Of a stretch of DNA of 20,470 nt, positions 14,507-20,470 are shown one piece after another. The stretch comes from Actinomycetes bacterium (GTDB lineage Bacteria; Actinomycetota; Acidimicrobiia; Acidimicrobiales; JAKAVM01). The stretch spans positions 1 to 20,470 of the forward strand of contig JAKAWH010000054.1 in assembly GCA_021817065.1 (NCBI GenBank), given 5' to 3'. The position numbers were made by a program, and so were the translations under genes. The notes under the pieces are model-generated. The model did no database searches and had not been told where the DNA came from. It saw only the letters and a program-made list of their open reading frames with translations. Positions within the stretch are counted from its first letter, which is position 1, and each line of letters starts with the position of its first letter.

Positions 14507-15609
14507 AAGACCGTTTCCCGAATCTGGCGGATCACCCCGTCGAGGTCGGCGATCGCCTTGTCGAGCTCGTCGGATATCGACACGGGGACGAGATGGGCGA
14601 TCCCGTCCAGGTCGATGCCCAGGGAGAAGATGTGGTTGATGACCCCTGAGTGGAGGGCGCGGGCGATGCGTTCCTGGGCGGCGGTGGTGCGGAGACCGTC
14701 GAGTTCACTGCGGGCCTGACCGAGCGACTTCACCACCGCCACTGCCGAGGCGAAGACCTGGCCACGCGATACCTCCTGCTCCGAGAATGCTGGTTCGTCC
14801 CGGGTACGGGCAACGACCAGGGTTCCCATGCGCCGGTCGTTGGTGGCGAGGGGGAGGTAAACTCCTGGCCCCATCTCCAGGGCGCGGGTAGCAGGGATCA
14901 CCTCCGGATCGGCGGACATGTCATCGATGTAGAGGGGCGTGCCGGATTCCATTGCACGTTGTGAAAGGGTTCCGTCGGCGGCGAATTCGGTCCCGAGCAT
15001 CGAGCCGGCGACACCGGCAGCGGCAACCACCACGAAGTTGCCGTTGGCACTGGGCGAGGCCACATAGGAGGTGGAGGCGTCGATGAGCTGGCAGACCCGG
15101 AAAGCGGTGTGCTGGAGAATCTCGTCGGTGGGTTGGTTGGTGAGAAGCATCTGGCTGATCTCGTTGACGAAGCGGAGGAGGAATTCGTTCCGCCTCCTCC
15201 CACTCGCGCCGCGTACGAAGGCGGCGACTTTGGCGCTGCCCGCCACCGAAAAAGGTGCCAGGCTCACGTCGATCGGCAGTTCGTGTCCCTCCGCGGTGCG
15301 CCCAACCAGGGCGAGGCCCACTCCCATCGGTCGGGACGCCGGGTTGGCGGCGAAGTGGCGGCGATGCCGGGCATGGCGGGACCGGAAGCTCTCGGGGAGG
15401 AGTATTTCGATTGAGCGTCCGACCAGGTCGGCAGGCCGGTACCCAAAGAGGTCCTCGACCGCCGGATTGGCTTCCTCGATGATCCCGTCGGCATCGACCA
15501 CCACAACGGCATCGGGCGTGGCATCGAGAAGGGCACACAGGATTGTTGCCTCGCCGAGCGCGGCATCGACCCCCAGGACGTCCAGGTCCTCGACGGAATC
15601 GGGCATCAC
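14497..15609 (-). CDS. PAS-GAF-HisKA_3 sensor kinase paralog lacking the HATPase catalytic domain (truncated or pseudogenised)
   Basis: Paralog of the downstream kinase with the same architecture and similar PAS motifs. The H-box ARALHSGVINHIFSLGIDLDG is present, but the ORF ends about 25 aa after the dimerisation/phosphoacceptor helix. No ATP-binding N/G boxes. Confidence 0.7.
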   Translation of the reverse strand: MMPDSVEDLDVLGVDAALGEATILCALLDATPDAVVVVDADGIIEEANPAVEDLFGYRPADLVGRSIEILLPESFRSRHARHRRHFAANPASRPMGVGLALVGRTAEGHELPIDVSLAPFSVAGSAKVAAFVRGASGRRRNEFLLRFVNEISQMLLTNQPTDEILQHTAFRVCQLIDASTSYVASPSANGNFVVVAAAGVAGSMLGTEFAADGTLSQRAMESGTPLYIDDMSADPEVIPATRALEMGPGVYLPLATNDRRMGTLVVARTRDEPAFSEQEVSRGQVFASAVAVVKSLGQARSELDGLRTTAAQERIARALHSGVINHIFSLGIDLDGIAHLVPVSISDELDKAIADLDGVIRQIRETVFHH

Positions 15610-15826
15610 CTGTGATTGTACGGTGCGCTCGGGGGGAATGGAGTGTGTGGCGATGTATTGGGAACGTCAATCCCCGATGTTTCCCTGCGCTCGCGGACCG
15701 GATCCGGGAAAAGGGGGGCTCCCGCAATTTCCCGGGGCAACCTCAGCCCGGGGGCAATTCTTGAGAAGGGGGGGTCCCTCCCCACCGACCCAGTCCCTCC
15801 GGAGCCTGGATTACTATCGTGCCCGA

Positions 15827-15901
15827 GCGCCTCTAGCTCAACGGCAGAGCAACGGACTCTTAATCCGCAGGTTCTGGGTTCGAATCCCAGGGGGCGCACC
15901 A
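15827..15901 (+). tRNA. tRNA-Lys (anticodon CUU)
   Basis: Acceptor GCGCCTC/GGGGCGC (7 bp, one G-U). D-arm GCTC-AACGGCA-GAGC. Anticodon arm CGGA/TCCG with loop CTCTTAA, giving anticodon CTT. T-arm CTGGG-TTCGAAT-CCCAG. Discriminator A. CCA is encoded. Confidence 0.85.
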
Positions 15902-16030
15902 AGAAGGAGCAGGGCAAAGGCCATAAATAGCGGCCTGACTCGATCCTCACTTCTCACGTTGCTATACCATGCTACACTAATCTTCCATGACCCCGGTGGC
16001 GGGGTGTAGCAAGCAGTGAAGGAGGACCTG

Positions 16031-17185
16031 ATGCGGGGGACGATGCGTCGTCGGGGGGATGCCTGGGAATTGCGCGCCTATGCCGGGCGCGATCCGGTCA
16101 CGGGCCGGAAGAAGACCGCGACCAAGACCTTTCGCGGGGGTAGCCGGGAGGCGGAGGAGGCGTTGGCAGCCTTCGTCACGGAGGTGGCCGGGGGAGGGCA
16201 CGCCGTTCAGGATGCGACGATGGGCGACCTGCTTCACCGGTGGTTCGACATGACCAAGGGAGACCTGTCCCCGTCCACGGCGAGGGAGTACGAACGGATC
16301 ATCAAGGTTCACATCCTCCCGACCTTCGGCAAGGTCCCGGTGGCCCGGCTCCGCACCGCCCAGCTCGATGCTTTCTACGCCAAGCTGCGCGACGGTGGGG
16401 GAAAGGACGGAAAGCCCCTCTCGCCCGCCACCGTCCGCCAGGTACACGCGGTATTGCGCAGAGCGTTGCGCCAGGCCGTGCGGTGGGAGTGGATCACGAC
16501 GAATCCGGCCATCCATGCCTCGCCGCCGCGGGTCACCAAGCCGCACCTGCAACCACCCTCTCCGGACGACGTGGTGGAGCTGATCGCGGTGGCCGACGAG
16601 TATGACGCCGACTTCGGGTGCTACCTGCGCGTGGCTGCGACCACCGGAGCACGCCGGGGTGAGCTGTGCGCGCTGCGATGGAGGGACGTGGACTTCGACG
16701 CGCCGGCGGTGACCATCAGTCACTCCATCGCCGAGGGGAGGGGACTGCGCCCGACGGAGAAGGACACGAAGACCCACTCGGCCCGCCGCATCGCTCTCGA
16801 TACCCTCACCGTGTCGGCATTGAAGAAGCACCGCAAGAAAATGGAGAGCCGCGCCAAGACATGCACAACGACGGTATGTGAGGACGGCTTCATCTTCTCG
16901 CGCGACCCCGACGGAGCGCGTCCCTGGCCCCCGAACGACGTCACCAAGTGGTTCATCGCTGCGCGCGCCAAGGCGGGTAAACAGAACGTTCGGCTGCACG
17001 ACTTCCGTCACTTCGCCGCGACCCGTCTGCTGGCAGCCGGTGTACCCGTGCGAACCGTGAGCGGGCGGCTCGGTCACGCCAATGCCGCGACGACATTGGG
17101 GGTCTACGCCCACTTCGTCGAGGAATCCGACCGGGACGCCGCCGACATCCTGGGCGAGCTGGTGGGCAGGGGGAAGAAGGGCTGA
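16031..17185 (+). CDS. int: Phage-type tyrosine recombinase/integrase
   Basis: Start ATG 16031 (MRGTMRRRGDAWELR) with RBS gaaggagg upstream. C-terminal catalytic residues within GARRGELCALRWRDV (Arg), LHDFRHFAATRLL (His-x-x-Arg) and LGHANAATTLGVYAH (the Tyr nucleophile). Confidence 0.9.
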   Translation: MRGTMRRRGDAWELRAYAGRDPVTGRKKTATKTFRGGSREAEEALAAFVTEVAGGGHAVQDATMGDLLHRWFDMTKGDLSPSTAREYERIIKVHILPTFGKVPVARLRTAQLDAFYAKLRDGGGKDGKPLSPATVRQVHAVLRRALRQAVRWEWITTNPAIHASPPRVTKPHLQPPSPDDVVELIAVADEYDADFGCYLRVAATTGARRGELCALRWRDVDFDAPAVTISHSIAEGRGLRPTEKDTKTHSARRIALDTLTVSALKKHRKKMESRAKTCTTTVCEDGFIFSRDPDGARPWPPNDVTKWFIAARAKAGKQNVRLHDFRHFAATRLLAAGVPVRTVSGRLGHANAATTLGVYAHFVEESDRDAADILGELVGRGKKG

Positions 17186-17186
17186 C

Positions 17187-17399
17187 ATGCCGAAGGCGAA
17201 ACAGGTATTGGTGGCCCTGAACCGCGATGGCTGGGTCGAGGTCAGGCGCAAGGGTTCCCACCGGTTCCTGATAAGGGGCGACGCCTACCAGACCTGGGCG
17301 TATCATGATGGGGACGACTTGGGGAAGACCGACCTCCGGCTGATCGGCAAGAGGTTCGGGTATTCCGTGGAGGCGCTTTACAGGATGTTGAGAGGTTGA
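17187..17399 (+). CDS. hicA: HicA-family mRNA interferase toxin
   Basis: 70 aa. Motif GWVEVRRKGSHRFL is the HicA signature (GW..R..GSH). ATG lies 1 nt after the integrase stop. Confidence 0.8.
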   Translation: MPKAKQVLVALNRDGWVEVRRKGSHRFLIRGDAYQTWAYHDGDDLGKTDLRLIGKRFGYSVEALYRMLRG

Positions 17400-17403
17400 A
17401 GCG

Positions 17404-17598
17404 ATGGACGTATTGATCGGTCTCTATCAGGACGAGGACACGCACCTATGGGGCTTCGACATCCCCGCCCTTCACATCATCGGCGGTGCGTGCCAGACGC
17501 GCGACGAAGCTATCGAGCACGCCAAGGAAGCCATCGCATTCACATTGGAAGAACGCCCCGACGAGCCGGGTTGCGAGGTCGTGGCTGTCGCGGTCTGA
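17404..17598 (+). CDS. hicB: HicB-family antitoxin (RNase-H-like fold, UPF0150)
   Basis: 64 aa. Follows hicA by 4 nt. N-terminal segment DEDTHLWGFDIPALHIIGGACQTRDEAIEHAKEAIAFTLE matches the HicB N-terminal domain. No DNA-binding extension. Confidence 0.65.
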   Translation: MDVLIGLYQDEDTHLWGFDIPALHIIGGACQTRDEAIEHAKEAIAFTLEERPDEPGCEVVAVAV

Positions 17599-17737
17599 GG
17601 GTCACGCGCTTCGCTGCGACCATATCAGCACCCCCCGTAGCCACCCTTTCCCTCTCCGTCAGTAAATCCGTGTTCACTTTCATAGTTACCACTCAGTAGC
17701 TATCACCGCGCTCGCGCGCTCTGCTTCACTGTCGGTC

Positions 17738-19555
17738 ATGTCCGAAGCACAACAGAGTTCCGTCATCACCGATGGTGGTCCGCAGGAAGCAGAATCTCGC
17801 TACCCCTGGGATACTCCAAGCAACGATCACCGAAGCGGCAACAGCGCGCAGACACCCGCGAGCAACGTTGCATCGCGCCGCAGGAAGTCCCCGAAAACCC
17901 CCGCCGTCCACCAACCTGCCAACCCCTACGCGCGTCCCACCGACCTCTACGGACGCACATTGGCGAGCTGGTCACGGCGCGCGATCGCCTACCTCATCGA
18001 CGCGGTGATCTTGACCGCGGTGTGGATCGGGGCCTGGATCGCTTCGGCCCTCGTAGGCACACACGCCATTGCCACCATCGTCAACATCCTCATCGACACG
18101 GTGTATTTCTCCCTGCTTGTCGCCGGGCCACGTGGCCAGACACCAGGGATGCGCACGGTCGGCATTGCGGTGCGGGATCGCAAGACAGGAGGAACCATCG
18201 GCTTTCGCCGTGCTCTTGTCCGGTCACTCACGATGGGGGTGCTCTCGGCGGCCCTCTACCTCCCCTTCGTCCTCGACTGCCTCTGGCCGCTGTGGGATAG
18301 CGAATACCAGAGCTGGCACGACAAGGCTGCCCGCACCCTGGTCGTGGAGGTGAATCCCACGCTCGGGACCTCCGGCTCCGCTCCATCTTTCACGGCCGCG
18401 ACGCCATTCACCGGGACAGGCGCGGCACCGGACTTCACCGGGACCGCTGCACGCCGGCAGATCGCGACACGCTTTCTCGCAGCGGTCCATCGTTGGCTCC
18501 ATGCGCGCACCCGGCGTTTCTGGCTTACCGCCGCCACAGTTGCAGCACTGATTGTCGTCGCAGCAGCCCTGATGGTCGCCACCACCTCCGTTCTAGCTGC
18601 CGAACACTCGCCGACGAAAGCAGCCACCGCGTATCTCAGCGCTTTATCGCGCAAAGATGCCTCCGCGATCCTTGTCTCCACCGGCATCATCGAGCCTTCC
18701 GTCATCGCCCCGGACACAGCGGTCCTGCTCTCGTCGCATGACATAGAACGGGAGCTTTCCGCCCCCGGCAACGGTCCGGGAACCATTTCCCATCTCGTCG
18801 TGGTCGCGTCCCACATACACGACAACACCGCCACGGTGACGCTCAGCTATGTAGCCGACAACCAGTCCCACATCGATACTTGCGACCTCGTGCGCTCCGA
18901 TCACACCGCCTCGGGCTGGGTCGTGCAGGTGACTCCCTCCCGTCTTGATGTGGACATACCGCAGGGAACCACTCATCTCACGGTCGCTGGCATCCCTGTA
19001 CGGACCACCGGAACCTTCGCCCACGTCTATCTCTTCCCCTCTGTCGTTACCGTCGCCACGCCTGCCACCGCCATCTTCGACGCGGCGTCCACCACCATCA
19101 ACACCACCCACCAGTCTGTGAACGCCGACTCCCAGGAAGCCTCCCTCGCTCCCCAGCTCACCGCCGCCGCGCAGTTCAGCGCCGTCAATGCGGTGGTGAA
19201 TCAGATCAACGCATGTCTCGCCGCCACGTCTCTCACACCGACCAACTGTCCCAACACTGACACTCCCGCTACGGAGTATCAGGGTGACACCTACTCAGGC
19301 ATTTCCTGGACCGGACTTGGCCAGCCCACCGCAGGCTTCACTGCCAACGTGAACAGGGCGGGCCAAGTCGAAGTGTCCGGTGCTTTCACCGCGGAGGTCA
19401 CTTACACCGACACGACACCAGGCTCATCATTTTTCGGTTCGGTCTCGGATCAAGAGACAGACGGCCCGACCTCGTGGAACTTCACTTACCCGCTCTCCTG
19501 GAACGGGACGGGATGGGTACTCGGGACCGTAAACGCGCAGACAGCGGACAACTGA
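17738..19555 (+). CDS. RDD-family integral membrane protein with a large Thr/Ala-rich C-terminal exported domain
   Basis: Pro/Ser-rich cytoplasmic N-terminus. RDD-like motif RRAIAYLIDAVIL plus 3 hydrophobic helices. A further TM helix WLTAATVAALIVVAAALMVATT. A 330-aa domain rich in T/A/V. Preceded by an AT-rich putative promoter at 17640-17737. Confidence 0.7.
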   Translation: MSEAQQSSVITDGGPQEAESRYPWDTPSNDHRSGNSAQTPASNVASRRRKSPKTPAVHQPANPYARPTDLYGRTLASWSRRAIAYLIDAVILTAVWIGAWIASALVGTHAIATIVNILIDTVYFSLLVAGPRGQTPGMRTVGIAVRDRKTGGTIGFRRALVRSLTMGVLSAALYLPFVLDCLWPLWDSEYQSWHDKAARTLVVEVNPTLGTSGSAPSFTAATPFTGTGAAPDFTGTAARRQIATRFLAAVHRWLHARTRRFWLTAATVAALIVVAAALMVATTSVLAAEHSPTKAATAYLSALSRKDASAILVSTGIIEPSVIAPDTAVLLSSHDIERELSAPGNGPGTISHLVVVASHIHDNTATVTLSYVADNQSHIDTCDLVRSDHTASGWVVQVTPSRLDVDIPQGTTHLTVAGIPVRTTGTFAHVYLFPSVVTVATPATAIFDAASTTINTTHQSVNADSQEASLAPQLTAAAQFSAVNAVVNQINACLAATSLTPTNCPNTDTPATEYQGDTYSGISWTGLGQPTAGFTANVNRAGQVEVSGAFTAEVTYTDTTPGSSFFGSVSDQETDGPTSWNFTYPLSWNGTGWVLGTVNAQTADN

Positions 19556-19599
19556 TCCCCGTGTACGCGCAGCACCTCCCAACTGCATCTCGCAAAAGG

Positions 19600-19806
19600 A
19601 TGCCTCATCGTTTCAAGCAATCCACCACGCTCGGTCTCGGCGTGCTGGCGCTGGCCGGATGCACGTCGACTCCCGTACACAGGACGACAGCGCGCCACCA
19701 TCACAACGACAACGACCGCGCACTCCACCGGTATCCTCCAGCTCCGACCGGTCCTGCCCTTCCCCCCGTCAACGGGACACATGGTTATGGAGCCAGCTTC
19801 AGCTGA
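19600..19806 (+). CDS. Small putative lipoprotein (lipobox LAGC)
   Basis: MPHRFKQSTTLGLGVLALAGCTST with RBS aaagga upstream. Low-complexity His/Pro-rich remainder. The 3' end overlaps the IS3 orfB terminus, so the reading frame may be chimeric. Confidence 0.35.
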   Translation: MPHRFKQSTTLGLGVLALAGCTSTPVHRTTARHHHNDNDRALHRYPPAPTGPALPPVNGTHGYGASFS

Positions 19807-20379
19807 CGATGTGCGTATCCTAGCTCCCACTCGAGCGGTGGGACGTTATCCAGTGTCGAGTGCAGCCATACTGTGTTGTAGCGGTGGATCCAGGCGATGA
19901 TCGCCCGGCGAGCCTCTGCCCGAGTCCGGAGCCGGTAGCGGTGCACCAGCTCGCGCTTGAGTGTCGCCACAAGTGCGCTCTCCCGGCTCTCCGGGGGTGA
20001 AGTCGCGTTGCACGAGATCGGGCAGTGGAGGCGCCGTCACGTCGGGGATCGTCGTCTTGACCTTTGGCCGGCGTCCGTCCTTGGCGTAGATTCCGTTGTC
20101 GGCCATGAGGGGCTCGACGCGCTCGTGGTTGGCGTGGATCCCGTGCTGGCGAGCCAGCTCGTTGACCATCCGGGGCGAGCCGACCGAGTCGTCGATCGCC
20201 TGGACGTCGATCATGGCGTTGACGACGTGGGCGTCGTCCCATTCGGCGTCGGTCGGGCCGTGGGCGCGCTCGGTCGCCCAGTCGTAGAAGGCCGAGGTCG
20301 ACACCCCGGCTGCCTCACAGGCTGCCGCCACGGGGAAGCCCGCGACCCTCTGGCAGTCGACCCAGCAATAGCGGCTCAC
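19785..20379 (-). pseudogene. IS3-family transposase orfB with an internal deletion of ~170 codons of the DDE core
   Basis: N-terminal part (20379..~19966): RYCWVDCQRVAGFPVAAACEAAGVSTSAFYDW...MADNGIYAKDGRRPK...PDLVQRDFTPGEPGERTCGDT (the W.GDITY region). It joins out of frame directly to the C-terminal part (19970..19785): ATLKRELVHRYRLRTRAEARRAIIAWIHRYNTVWLHSTLDNVPPLEWE. The catalytic core in between is missing. Confidence 0.75.
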
Positions 20380-20470
20380 TGGTCCGACTCCTTCACCCAG
20401 AAGGCCACTGCTCGTTTGAGCAGTTCGCGATCTATGGTCAGGCGCTTCACCTCCCTGCGGAGTCTGGCCA
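20376..20470 (-). CDS. IS3-family transposase orfA, C-terminal part (the gene continues beyond the window)
   Basis: Minus-strand translation ...ARLRREVKRLTIDRELLKRAVAFWVKESDQ* is the typical leucine-zipper tail of IS3 OrfA. Its stop overlaps the orfB start (GTGA). Confidence 0.7.
   Translation of the reverse strand, partial: ARLRREVKRLTIDRELLKRAVAFWVKESDQ

Larger units (their letters stand above)
15902..20470. mobile_element. Integrated genomic island at the tRNA-Lys 3' end: integrase, hicAB, RDD protein, lipoprotein, IS3 remnant. It continues beyond the window
   Basis: A tyrosine integrase gene lies immediately downstream of, and co-oriented with, the tRNA. A TA module and an IS remnant are typical cargo. 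No attR copy of the tRNA 3' end was found inside the window. Confidence 0.6.

Noticed and set aside
14921-15727. 268-aa Arg-rich minus-strand ORF
   Set aside because: Off-frame overlap with the kinase-2 gene. Extreme Arg/Cys/Gly bias.
15977-17251. 424-aa minus-strand ORF
   Set aside because: Antisense to the integrase and hicA. The integrase catalytic motifs are unambiguous on the plus strand.

Overview
This is a high-GC (~65%), actinobacterial-like chromosomal window.

- **tRNA-His and repeat-bracketed segment (27..4376).** tRNA-His(GUG) at 27..101 is followed by a ~4-kb segment bracketed by two ~225-bp direct repeats (128..352 and 4151..4376), whose ~164-nt core is ~98% identical. The segment holds about 1 kb of ORF-free, hairpin-rich DNA and a 4-gene operon. 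The operon encodes a secreted Amidase_6/NlpC-P60-like protein, a Tat-like secreted protein, a single-pass membrane protein and a CxxC zinc-ribbon protein.
- **Region upstream of the lysine operon (4421..4969).** An 11-bp tandem array (about 7 copies of a CGATCG-containing unit, phased at helical pitch) and an AT-rich palindrome precede an XRE-family regulator.
- **Lysine catabolic operon (5080..10140).** The L-lysine 6-aminotransferase gene (lat) and the piperideine-6-carboxylate dehydrogenase gene (pcd) are coupled through a TTGA start/stop overlap. They are followed by a fused alpha/beta TPP-dependent 2-oxoacid dehydrogenase E1 gene.
- **Convergent thioesterase (10294..10986, -).** A PaaI/hotdog thioesterase gene carries an in-frame 36-bp coding tandem repeat, and 39-bp intergenic tandem repeats lie between it and the E1 gene.
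- **NfeD-flotillin operon (11154..12826).**
- **Tandem sensor kinases (12895..15609, -).** Two paralogous PAS-GAF-HisKA_3 sensor kinases lie in tandem. The upstream copy lacks the HATPase domain. A 44-bp tandem duplication at their junction creates stop/start-overlapping mini-ORFs.
- **tRNA-Lys island (15827..>20470).** tRNA-Lys(CUU) is followed by a tyrosine integrase, hicA/hicB, an RDD-family membrane protein, a small lipoprotein and an internally deleted IS3-family element. The island runs off the window end, and no attR copy of the tRNA 3' end was seen.

All calls are from reading the sequence. No database search or RNA-folding run was possible.
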